A stretch of DNA of 64,000 nucleotides, from NCBI GenBank assembly GCA_020891255.1, contig BQFW01000003.1, positions 806,001 to 870,000 of the forward strand, given 5' to 3'. This DNA comes from Entomortierella parvispora E1425. Its lineage: Eukaryota > Fungi > Mortierellomycota. A program made the translations under genes and the position numbers. Each line of letters starts with the position of its first letter. Position 1 is the stretch's first letter. Shown here piece after piece: positions 24,901 to 36,977 of this stretch. The notes below the pieces were generated by a model. That model did not search any database. It had not been told where the DNA came from and worked only from the letters and a program-made list of their open reading frames with translations.

Positions 24901-27776
24901 CTCTCTGCATTTGCACCCCGCGTCATGTCTCATCGTTTGGCCTGTGGTCTACCCGTCAACAATGTTCGCATGGGTGTTGTGGTTCAAATCATGGTTGACT
25001 CTGAGTCCGCCGGTGTGGCATTTTCCCGCCACCCACTGAACCCCATCAGTGCCAATGTTGCTTTAGTTGAGGCTGTCTGGGGCCAAGGCGAGGCGTTGGT
25101 CAGCGGTGCTGCAGAACCAGACTCGTTCGAGGTCGAGCGTGGTCCCAGTGGCAAGGTCAAGGAGACTCTAGTCCCTAAACCAAAGATGTGGATGCGAAAC
25201 GCTGGTCAAGGATCTAATGGTGCAGATGCCACCGGTCTCGTTGCAGTGGATGTCCCTGAGCCCAAGGCCAGCGCTGCTGCCTTGACGGTCGATCGTGCTC
25301 GCGCTGTGGGCATGACGGTTACTGGACTCGAGTCTTTGATTGGCATGCCTGTCGACTTTGAGTGGGCCTTCCAGGAGGAAGACTCAACCCTTTACTGTCT
25401 TCAGGTCCGCCCAATCGTCAACTTGCCTCCATCTTCCTTCTTCCTGGCGACAGACCCTACTGCTCATTCCGAGGTCTCCTCGGAGACAGAGCACTCTGAG
25501 TCTGCGATCTCCAGCGATTCATCCATCACCATTCCATCGTTGACCAAGACTCCTAAGGAACCCAAGGGTATCAAGAATGATCTGATTGACATGACTTCGA
25601 TCGCAGGCCGCGCCATGGACTCCCTTACAGCGGCACCTCAAGGAATGAATGTTACTCTTTGGGACAACTCCAACATTGTCGAGTCCTACTCTGGTGTCAC
25701 CACTCCGTTGACCTTTTCGTTCGCCTCCTACAACTACCGTATCGTTTATGAAACGATGCTCACATTCTTGGGCACGCCGCCCAAGTTGGTCCAGGCGAAT
25801 GAAGATGCTCTCGTCAACTTGCTCGGCTACATTCGAGGCAATGTCTACTACAATCTCATGAACTGGTACCGTCTGCTGCTCCTCGCTCCCCTCGGCAAGT
25901 TCTCGGACCCGAAGCACATGGAGACCATGATGGGTGTCAAACAGGGCCAAGAAGGAAATGCCGATATGGAGAAGGAATTTAAGAAGATCTTGGACAGCCG
26001 CTACAAGTTCAATGCCTGGCATCGGACCAGACTTGTGCTCAAGTACATCTCCGCCTACAGAAACATTGACCGGATCGTCAACAAGTTCTTTGCCAACTTT
26101 GATGCTTTTTACTTGGCCGGTCGCGAGATGGATTTCTCAGTCATGTCGCTGCAAGAGATCTCAACCTACTACCGCAAGAACGCGAGTACTCTTTTGAGGG
26201 ATTGGAAGGCCCCAGTCATCAATGACCTTTTAGTCATGGGTTTCTTTGGCACTCTCAAGTCGTTCATTGCTAAGCATCTAGTTGAGCCCAAATCTAAGGC
26301 ACCCGTTGAGGGTGCAGCTGCTCCCACCGCTGAGGAGGCAGCGGCAGCGGCAGCCGATGCTGCGGCGGTGGATTCTCTTCAGAATGATCTTCTCTGTGGA
26401 GAGGATGTAGAGTCGGCCAAGCCGACCAAGATGTTGATGGAGATTGCAAAGACAATCGACACTACAATCGAGTACCCAGCTCTGGGCGCTTGGTTTGTCG
26501 GACACAAAGACGAGATTTTGAAAGCCATCAAGCCAGAGGAGAACCACTGGATCTTGCGCTCCACAATTCTGAAGCGCTCGTTTGTGAAAGCAAGCGAGCT
26601 TTTGGCTGGACTCAGAAAGACGGAGCCCGGAAAGGATCTTGAACAGCCACCCGTTCAGGTGGTGGCCGACGTTTTGGCCATGATCTTGGAGTTTTTGGAC
26701 TCTTATGGTTTCCGATGCATCAATGAGCTCAAGCTTGAGGAAAAGGACCTCAACGATGATCCCGGTATGTTTTATTTCACCTCTTGTTCCCCAGTTTACA
26801 ATCCGAGAAATGTCGGCTGAACTCTTTTTTTTTTTTTTTTTTTTTTTGTATTCGTGTAGCCTTCGTGATTGATGCTATTGCAGGTTACGTTCGCACCAAA
26901 GCCTATGAGGTCGAGGACTTGGACAAGCGTGAACAGCAGATCCGTGCTGCTGCTGAAGCACTGGTACACCAGAAACTTAAGGGAACCCAATTGGTGCTCT
27001 TCCTCTGGCTCTTGCGCAACACTCGTCGTGTGGTGAAGCATCGTGAGAACTTGCGTTTCGCTCGCTCCAAGGTCTTTGGTGTCATGCGTCGTATCTTCCG
27101 AGGCATGGGTCGTCAGCTTGTTGCCCTTGGAGCGCTCGAGACTGAGCAGGATGTTTTTTACTTGACAACGGAAGAGCTCATGTCCTATGTTGATGGTCGT
27201 GCCGTTTCCCGGGATCTCAAGGCTCTGACTCGACTTCGCAAGTCCGAGTTTGACGGTTACCTTGCAGATGCAAACGCCCCTCCAGAGCGCTTCGTCACCC
27301 GTGGTGCCGCGGGTGTGTACATGTGGTACCCTCATATCCTCGCAGACCTTGATCTCCTCAAGGACACCGAGGACTCGAACGGCCCTCCAGAGCCTGGTGT
27401 CCTCAAGGGAGTCTCTTGCTGCCCCGGTGTGGTCGAAGGTGTGGTTCGAGTCGTCAAGGACATCACAGAGACAAGAGATTTGGACGGCGAAATCTTGGTC
27501 ACGGCCAGGACCGACCCTGGCTGGGTTCCTTTGTATCCAATGTGCTCTGGTCTCTTGATTGAACGTGGATCACTGCTGAGTCACTCGGCTGTGGTGGCCA
27601 GAGAATTGGGTCTGCCCACGATCGTGGGCATTTCTGGTGGGCTGATGAAGCGCCTCAAGACTGGAATGAAGATCCGAATGGATGCTGGAAAAGGCAAAGT
27701 CTATATATTGGACGAGTTGGAGGCCTTGGAAAAGGAAAAGCAGTCAGGAGAAGGCGTTGAAGTCGCTGCTGCTTGA
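21940..27776 (+). CDS. Fusion enzyme of about 1,835 aa: OleC-like adenylation (AMP-binding) domain + PPDK_N ATP-grasp + central substrate domain + C-terminal phospho-His swivel domain (exons 21940-21960, 22054-22670, 22812-26764, 26860-27776)
   Basis: Adenylation motifs SFTTGSTGNPK, FYGASE, WLRTGD, LPRDKRHASKI. PPDK_N motifs GGGKAKNM, AVRSSGADED...SFAGQFDSFL, GQGEALVSG, DFEWA...LQVRPI. His domain GSLLSHSAVVARELGLP (His codon 27582-27584). The four exons sum to 5,508 nt, in frame. Confidence 0.87.
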
Positions 27777-28072
27777 GGATGATTGTATATAACGGAACTT
27801 ATGAATAAACACTGCTCATCATACAACATAAATCCCAACTAATGAAAACAAGAAACGACATGTTGTATGTGGACTTGAGGATAAATGAGTAGAGGAAGGA
27901 AGGAAACGAAGGAGCGAGCGAAAAAGAGCAAGGCGATGTGCAGGATACGAATCGTTCAATTTAGAATGGGAAGACCTTTTTTTTTTTTGCTTTTATTCTG
28001 AACGACCGGTGGATATTAACGACATAAATAAATTGGAGATGATGGGCTTGACAGGTAGAGAAGAAAGATTGT

Positions 28073-30390
28073 TTAAGCCTTCTTTCCGAGGAGGAGCAAG
28101 AGGCCGATGATGCGGAAAAGGATGTAGTAGGCAAGCAAGATCAAGACCGCGCGCCACTTGGTCAACCAGTCCAACTGGTCCAATCCAAAGTAAGCGAGCG
28201 TGGCGGTGCCCTTGGCCGAACCATCATGGAACTCGTTTTGGAGCAAACCTTGGAAGGCCCATTGGTAGTAAGAAGCCCAGAACGCCCAGATCCATCCACG
28301 AGGGATGTCGGTGCGACTGACGATAAAGCCCGAGAACAGCATGGCCATCGTGTTGATCAACGAGAGCAGGTTCATACCGACTTCTGAGTTCTCGGCGCCA
28401 GCTCCAATAGCAGCGATCAACGACAGGGCGACGTTCACAAAGACGGCGACCAGGACAAAGTAATAAAAGATAGAGCCGTGGAGTCCAATGAGGTAATAAG
28501 TGATGACCACAAAGATGATGGACAAGATCGTGTAGGACATGGTCTCGACGATGGTCTTGGCAAAGAAGTAAGAGGAGGTTCTGTACATGCCAGCAGCCCT
28601 CTCACGAAGGAAGAGGCTTCTCTCGATGATGACTAACAATAGATGAGATGAATGAGGAAAGGAAGGTTCTTGTGTTAGTCAATGACTTGGAATGGTTCTT
28701 TCCACAAACACTCCCCAAAGCAAACTTACATTGAGGCATGGCGGAAAAGGTCATTGTGGCCAAGAACGATGTGATAAAGAACAGAGCAATTGACTTGTTG
28801 AAGCTGGTCGCACCCATTTCTGGACGATCCTTCAAGCCCGAGAACAAAGAGCCCACGACCAATGCAAAAATGATGTGAATGACCAGCGACGCTTGGAAGA
28901 TGGTTGGATGGCGTGCCAAGTTGGTCAAGCTACGCTTGGTGAGCAACATGGTCTGGGTCAAGGTAGTAGTTGCAAACTCGGTGGTGTACTGCTTCTTGAA
29001 CTGGTCCAACAGAACGTTGCGCTGTGACTTTTCAGTCGAGTTCGCATGCTGGGTCAACAGCTGGGTCAAGTGGGCTTCGGGGTTGGTGGCGACATGGTCG
29101 GCATACTTTTTGGCAAAGTCTTCTGTTGATTCCAATGACTCGGCATGAGGGGAGTTGTCTTGGTGCAGAGTAATCAAGTCCACTATTCGTGAGACAGTGT
29201 GGAAAGGACTGTTAGAGGCTATGGTCAACCGAAACTCGTAGTGTAAACACAACAAATAGTAGACAACTTACAGAAATAATCGGCAACATTCCAGCCAACG
29301 GGGCATTCATGACCCAGAGCCTCAAAGTAAGCCGCGGCAGCATGGGCCTTTCCAAAGTAGACGACCTTTCCTTGCGACAAAAGAAGCAAGTCATCAAAGA
29401 GCTATCCAATTGAGGGACCATGTTAGTACACAGCATGCTTCAGCTTGAGAGGCAAGGCGAGAGACTGCAAGGCTGTTACCTCATAGATATCGGAGCGGGG
29501 CTGGTGGACAGTCAAGATGACGGTGCGGCCGCTAGTAGCCAGGCCCTTGATGGCATTGGCAACATTCAGGGCATCGGTGGAGGACAGACCTGATGTGGGT
29601 TCATCCAGGAGCAGCACGCTTGGACTGGACAAGAGCTCGATACCGATGGTCACACGTCGCTTCTCACCGCCAGAGATTCCGCGAATGACGGCACCTCCGA
29701 CCTTGGTGTCCTTGATATGGGTCAAGTTGAGTTCCTGCATCACAGCGTAGACACGGTCCATCTTTTCTTTGTTGGTCATGGAGCGGGGCAGTCGCATCTT
29801 GGCTGCAAATGTCAGTGTCTCCAAGACGGTCAAGGTCTCGATAAAGTCTAATTGATCAATGGAACATCATGAAGAGCAAAGTCAATGTGTTGTTAGAGAG
29901 TGATTCTTTTGCCTTGACCAGGGTCGACTCGGAGAGTCAGCTTACCGTCTTCTTGGGTCACATATCCGAGGAGACGCTTGCGCATGGAACCGTACTCCTT
30001 GATCGGCACATCGTTCAACGAGATTTCGCCCTGGAGTTTGCCAGTGTTGCGAACCTGACGATCAGCGAGCAGATCCAAGAGCGTGGTCTTGCCTGATCCA
30101 CTAGGTCCCATGATGGCAAAGACGCGACCAGGAATGGCCTTGATGGCAATGTCGGAGAGGAGAGCCCTTTGCACATTAGGGACCTTCTTGAATAGGGACC
30201 TCTTTTCGCCGTCCTTGAGGGGCTCTTTGATGGTGACCTCGTACTGGAGGTTGGTGACGGTGAGGGAGGCAGGGATGAAAGGGACGCTCGAGTCAACAGT
30301 GACAGCGACCTCGGCATTGTTGGATGTGATGGAGGCAGAGGTGCTGGAAGCACTTGCGGTGCTCTTTTCTTCGTCGATGTGCTTGGTCAT
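28073..30390 (-). CDS. ABCG (White-family) half-transporter, NBD-TMD, multi-exon
   Basis: Walker A GPSGSGKTT, signature ISGGEKRR, Walker B VLLLDEPTSG, H-loop TVHQP and a hydrophobic C-terminal TMD. Confidence 0.93.
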
Positions 30391-31616
30391 TTTTTAAGGA
30401 ACAGGGTATATGTGAAAGTCAAAAGTCCGTCTCGGGGTATGGGTGCAGATCAAAAGAGAAAAGAAAGAGGAGAAATCAAGTTGGACTGGCAGAGCAGCGA
30501 AAATTGTGGAGGAGGGAAAGACAAAACGAAAAGAGAGCTCGAGATGATGAGTTGGGCTGAGGGGCAAGACGGAAGCAGGAAAGAAAAAGGGAAGGAAGGA
30601 AAGAAGGATAAAGTGGAGAAAGAAGCACGCACTTATCGAGCAAAATGAACTCCCATCCATGGTCAGAGAACTCGCCGCCCCGGCTCTGTATCACCTTGGA
30701 GAGCTCAGACGAAAAACCGCCAGAGTGGTGGCGAGGCGCTTGGGGCACATTGCAAACCCATCATAGCGATCCATTGTTGTTGGTTGCTGCTATTCTTCAT
30801 TGGAAAATCGACGCTGATAACGGTGGACCGTTGATGTCCTCATCTGGACAGAACAATGGCAACAGTGCATGTGCGCACTCTTTGCTTGTGATGTTGGCTG
30901 AGGCCGAACTTGCACTTGATTGCACCAGCGCAGGCGTGTATAGAAGATAGAGTACTCGACAAGTGCGAAAAAGACGGATCAGCACAAGCATGGAAGGCCG
31001 AGGCAGCGATAAGCAGGCAGTCCAGTCATCCTGTCCTCCGTCAAGGTGAGATGCAAGGTCTCGTCAATGTTCTGCCTCACATGAAAAAGAAGACTGGAAA
31101 TAAAAGAGCGATGGACCGTCGGGGTACACTGCTCAGGTATTAAAAGAAAAAAAAGAGTGCTTTCTGAGAAATAACGTATTCGAACGACTTAAGGTAATCT
31201 CAATTCAATGCCAATTGAATGATTGAATGAGCATTGCCATTGTTACGCAGCGATCCTTGAACCTTTGTCTCTTTGCTTCTTTGTTTGTCTTCATTTCATT
31301 TTCTCCTTCATCCCTCTTTTTTTTTCTCTCTCTCTCTCTCTTCATCTGTCTTCTGTTTTTCCTTCCTCTCCACTTGCTCTCCACTTGCTTGCCCAATCCA
31401 CCTTCAATCACGACCACGTCTTTATCTTTTCACGATCCACTCTCCCTCTCTGAACGATCCGTTCCGTGCCAACATCGTCATCATCGACCCGTTCATTCTC
31501 GTGTCCATGCCCCGACTCTGCTACGCCACCTAAGCAATTCTTTTTTCCGTCCTTCATCTTTCTTTTACCTCTCTTTTCTCTCTCTCTTTTCTTGCTCCTC
31601 ATATTTGAACTACAAC

Positions 31617-32816
31617 ATGGAGAGTCACAAGTCTAAAGAATCACTGGCATCCTCAACAGCAAGCAGTCGTCAAGTCGATGTCTTTGTTCAATTCTCAGGG
31701 TAATTGGTGTCTCTTGCTCCATTGCCGTTGTCTTTTCTGTTCTGTGCACAGACCGACGAGTTCCTGACATGCCAACGCTTCACCTATCTTCTAGTTACAA
31801 AAACTGGCTCAAGTTCTTTGGTGAACGTGTCGCCTTATTCGTCTATCTCTTGACGGCAGCAGGATACACTCTCTCTGGATTCTATGCTTTGGCCACAGGC
31901 AAAAGCCTCGCCGGCGTTTGGCCTTATGTTATCTGGATCGTCATCATCGAAACTCTCTTCCTCGTCACCCTCCGAGTCATGGACGATCTGAAGGACGTTG
32001 ACACTGTAAGTCATGAGCAATGATCTGCTTTACTCTGACAACCAAAAAAAAACTATGAGAAAACTCTGACAATAACCCCCTCGCCTCCCCTAGGACATCC
32101 TCGCTCACCCTGAACGTCCATTGCCCCGTGGTCTGGTCACCGCCCGCGAGGCTAGCTTTGTGGTCCACGGCTTGGTGCTAATCCTGATTGCGAACGGAAT
32201 CGCTCTTGCGATTGTCAAGAACCTTGCCTCGGGCCTTCTTTGCATCGCCACTACTGGATACTATTACCTCATGTTCAAGGAGTTTGGCTGCGGTCACTGG
32301 CTCAGTGCACGCCCTATCCTCTATGTGATTACTCATCAGCTTGTAGTCTTGCTCATGGTCCTCTTGCCCGTGGCAACGTTCTGGGGTGCCTCTTCTCTGA
32401 AGGGTATCTTGGCCTGGCATGTGGCCTTACTGCAGTTTGGAGGATCGTTCACGTTCGAGGTCTGCCGAAAGCTGGACCCAACTGCCCACGTGGCTCTTAG
32501 CACCTATTTGGTGGCATATGGCAAATTCAAGACGTTCTTGATGATCTTGTTTGCTGTCGCGATCGGTGCCTGGGCGTCGTACGTGATGGCGGTTGAGATC
32601 ATCATGTGGCCCTTCCTGGGCTTCCTGTTGCTGAGTGTCTTGGTCTTGTTTGCAGGCCAGAGAACTCCGGGAACGCCACTGGCAGAGGGAGAGAAGGCAC
32701 CCAAAGGTCACAAGACCGTCGAGTTGATCTGCACGCTGATCACACTCTTGACTATGTACATTGTCCCCATCAAGTTGTGGAGCGGCGTTCCCAAGACGGC
32801 GATGCGCACTTTCTAA
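31617..32816 (+). CDS. UbiA-superfamily intramembrane prenyltransferase-like protein, about 338 aa (exons 31617-31699, 31795-32005, 32094-32816)
   Basis: Splicing restores LRVMDDLKDVDTDILAHPERPLPRGLV (Asp-rich motif plus RPLPxG). Multiple hydrophobic helices. The exons sum to 1,017 nt, in frame. Confidence 0.82.
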
Positions 32817-33056
32817 GAGATGCCCGTTCCCTGACTTGCCATTACCATACTATCTCATATAATAAATAACATCTTACAAATCTCTGCATCAGCACTCTGA
32901 AAAAAAAAAAGGTAATTTGCAATGGAGATGGCCTATGTGTCAGATACCGCGAAAACGAGTCGTCATGAACTCTTGGCCTCATATCAACTTTGCTCATTCT
33001 CTTTGAGATTCAAAACTAAAGATTTTTTATTGTGGATGATATTTGCTACTCTTCAC

Positions 33057-34921
33057 TCAATCTGCCAATCTGACGCCGACATGCACTCCAGGGACAGGCT
33101 TTAGGCTGACAGACCATTGCCATGCTATTTCGCCCTTGGCCGCTTGCAACTCGGGTGTTTGAACAAATTCAAATTGGTTCACAAGGTTGGCCAGATGGGT
33201 CTTGATCTCTAGTGTTGCCATCTTGTTACCGATGCAACCTCTTTTGCCGTGGTAGAAGGGAAAGTAACAAAGTCCATTTGGTGGTACGTAGGGCGGGCAC
33301 GGTTTGTCTGTGGACAGCCAACGATCTGGGTTGAATTCCAAAGCATCGGGCCCCCAGATTTTGGGGTCGCGTTGGAGAATGAACATGGGGATCTGCAGGT
33401 TGGTACCGGCTGGGACAAAGAGAGGCTCTTGTCCGTAGGCGCGGGGAAGATGGTCATCTTCGACCGATACTCGGAGATTGAGCTAGGGATAGGGGTTGTG
33501 TATATGTTAATCAAGAGTGATGGACGAAAGCAAGATCACACGAATGGTCAATCGGGTTCTTACAGGAATTGGGGACCAGAGGCGAAGACTTTCGCGGACA
33601 ACGGCGTTCAAGTATGGGAGCGAGTTCAAGTCATCATACAAAGGCGAGCCGTTTGTGTCCTTGAAGAGCTGTCTAGTTTCTTCTCGAAGGCGGGACTGGA
33701 TATCGGGGTTGCTTGCTAGCTGATAAAATGTCCAGGACAGGGACGCAGATGTTGTTTCCTGAGCATTGACCAAACAAAAAAAAAAATCAGTTTGTGATAC
33801 CATGATCGTCCAGCTCAAGAGACTGTGGAACAAGGACGTACATGTCCAGCGAAAATGGCTGTAAAGACATCGTGTCGGATCTGTAGATCCGAGACGCCCT
33901 CGCCTACGAGCTGATCCACCAGTAACATGGTCAGCATGTCTTTCTTTTGACTTGTGGCCCCCTCATCTGTTGAGAACTCTCCATTGTGGTCTTCTATCTC
34001 TTTGATCAGGGCCTGCTTCCGGGTCCTCACAATCTCATCCATGGACGCGTTAAAATGTCGGACCGCCGTCCATGCGCGCCGATTTGTCCTTGTCGGGATC
34101 CAGTTGGAGAATGGCAACAATGTCAAAAGTGAGACCTTGAAGGACTCAACAATGATTCTATAACTCTCGAAATCTTCCCCGATCGGACTCTTGATCGCGT
34201 CAAAACCTTGGCCAAGGGCAAACTCGCCGATCGAATCCAAAGTCAGGCTGTAGAACCAAGGTTCGAGATCTACGGTCTTGTACAGCTTGCCATTGAGCTC
34301 CCATGCTGTCCCTGGACTTGAGGTTGCCTTGACCTCGTCTTGGATCGGTAGAACGCCGCCCACCGGCTCTGAATCTTCTGCGCCCGCGATCGCCGCTTTT
34401 TTCTTCCATTCGTCGACCAGATCTTGTGCGACTCTTTGGAAAGCGACCGTCATGGATTTGAGATAGGTGTGCTTGAACCCCTTGGCGAGATATTTCCGAT
34501 GAGACGTATGCTCTGCACCCTTCATCGACAAGAGCGATGAACCCAGGTTTTGTTCAAACATGTCTTCTGTGCCTTTGCTCTTGAGCCAGTTGTCGTTGGC
34601 CTTGCCGAGGACATAACCGACCGTGACCGGATCGGACGTCAAGAGTGTCAAGCGGGTGAACCAGTAGTAGCGGTAAATCGAGCCTGGGTATTGCATTGCC
34701 CAGTCGTACAGTGCCATCATTGGTTTCTTTTTGGTCAGGCCGACCATATTGCCGAGGAACCAAATCTTGGACGGCTTTGGGCCAGGAATGTGAGTGAGTG
34801 GATCAAGGACAAAGGGGTAGAGCCATGTCTTGTAGATGCCATAGGTGAGCACCGTTGCCAGGGCTACTGTGAGGGAGAGGACCGGAGGGGCCTTTTCCAG
34901 GGATGATTTGATGAAGGTCAT
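33057..34921 (-). CDS. Cytochrome P450 (microsomal type), multi-exon
   Basis: N-terminal membrane anchor followed by IPGPKP, I-helix AGH/ETTS split by an intron, ExxR (ESLR), FNPDRW and heme motif FYHGKRGCIG. Confidence 0.93.
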
Positions 34922-36977
34922 TTTTTTCTTTTTGATCTTGGATCTTGGGGGTCTTGGTCTTGGTCTTGGATCTCTGTCTGTGTGTGCGCTTGTCAAAACT
35001 GAAATTTGAACACTCGGTCGTCTTTTGTCTTATTTGTTCTCGAGTCGCAGGAATGAAAGGAAAGAAGTCGAGGAGGAGGAGGAGACCTGGACGGCAAGTC
35101 CAAATGGAGCTTGACGGATGATGCAAAAGACTGGGGAGGTGAGGGGATCGCACAAAGGGCCGAGACTCCGGAGTCAGAGACTGTCTGTGTCAGATGCAAA
35201 CTTGATGCACAGTTTGCGTAATGATTGGGAGTGTAAAAAAAAAGGAAAGTCCAAAGAAAACAAAAAAGGCTCGACACAAACCAAGCCCAAGCCCAAACGA
35301 CAAAGACATGTGGGTGCGCAACGCACAAACACCGACAGAGTAGAGAGCATCCAACTGTCCATTGTATTGATGATGGTCTTAAGTGAAAAGATAACGAGTT
35401 AAGAGCAGAAGGGACCGTTCAGGTACAGGAAACTCAATTGCGACCTACGTTGAACTTTTAATTTGATAGGCTGTTTGCTTAACTTTTTCGCTCATTGTTT
35501 GTATCCCGTTCCATGTTTCTTTTAGAATAACGACCACCAAACAAACGAAAAACAAGCCAACTAAAGTCTGAGCTGCGCGGAATTGCAAACCTGTGAGCTC
35601 TCTCCCCGGATCTTGCAGTCTACAAATCGACACAATGGAACCGAAAAAAAGCGCGTGCATGCATGTTTGTCTCTTCTGTGGACGAACAATTGAGAGCCAA
35701 ATCGGGGTTATTCTTTCAATCATTTAAACACACTGTGGTCTGGTTCTTTTTTTGTTGTTTAGTTTTCAGCCTTGTCCATTTATGACAACTCCCATGCCGT
35801 CCGCGGCTGAGTTTCCAATGTCCGTTAGATCCGGTGGAAGAATGATGAAAGTCTATGGATCGAGAGTCTGGAAAGTAATCAGCCTCCATTCAACCAAAGT
35901 CCGGTGAACGATTCCTCGGCCCGATGCACTCCATACGCAGGGTGCTGAAATGAACAAGGAGGATGCCGGACGCCACAGTGCGGGATTAACAAAAACAGTT
36001 CAGAGTCCACGGACAATAATTCGGGCTGACAATCAAATGAATCCCGTCCGCAAGTTCTTTGATCAGGGCTGAGGATTACACTCCTCACACACATCCTGTT
36101 TATTTTCCTCTTTGGCGCCGGAAATTGGCGGTACCCAGTCCACTGAGAGAGCAAACCATGAAGAAACATGGATGGGTCATTTTCCATCCCGCACAAATGG
36201 TGTAGAAGATAAGCCCATTCGTTAAAAGTAGGTTGCCTGTTCGACGGGGTGGCGAAATGGGGGTAGGTACAAGAAGAAAGTACCAATTGAGATTTTGTGT
36301 GTTAACAACAAAAAGAATTTGCTTAAACGAAAACGGACTCTCTTTCCATTTAGCACATGTCCATGGTATGGGCGTCTTATTCTTTCATCTCCTTACATTT
36401 GATTCAGTCCATTGACTGACTCAACCATGACATGTCTACCACTTGATCGGCAGTGTCGGCAAAGATAACGCTTGACACCCGGGGACATGGGTTATTTTGT
36501 TTCCTTGTTTTGTGTTTTCCTCGATCAGTTCATGGTCTGGCAGAGGTCTACGCATCTCGTCTCTGCGTAAAAGGGACAGGCGAGGATTCCAAAAGGAATC
36601 GCTCACTCTCCATTTGAGCAGCGTCAACTTAAAACAGACAATTGACTTCCGGTTCAAGTCAGTGCGTGAAAGACAAGAGATAATGGAGACGAATGGGAAG
36701 AAAAAGTAATAAAAGGCCGCGACCACTGCTCGTCGTGTGTACGACAAACAGTTTTTTTTTCTCTTCTAATTTGGCGCCACCAAAATTCACCACCATCACA
36801 TCCAAAGCGACAGGTAATGATCTCTTCATGAGGAGAATGGCATCCAACGAAAAACACACACATTGGAAACAATCACAAACACGCAAGCTAACAGCCCATT
36901 GTTTTCTATTTCCATCTCTTTTGTTAGCCATTGGACTCACTTCTGAATCAAACATCACCATCACATACAAAATAACA

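Noticed and set aside
22812-27776. Calling the large ORF a housekeeping PEP synthase or pyruvate phosphate dikinase
   Set aside because: The His domain is C-terminal and there is no pyruvate-binding TIM barrel after it; the order matches RPH/PigC-type enzymes.
31769-32023. UbiA start at the ORF-track Met 31769
   Set aside because: An intron at 31700-31794 (branch-like CTGAC near 31764) joins ATG 31617 in frame, which places 31769 inside the intron.
7801-32816. Bacterial contaminant or chimeric assembly
   Set aside because: Every bacterial-looking gene needs GT-AG splicing with the same poly-T intron style as the host genes, and they are interleaved with MCM10 and ABCG.
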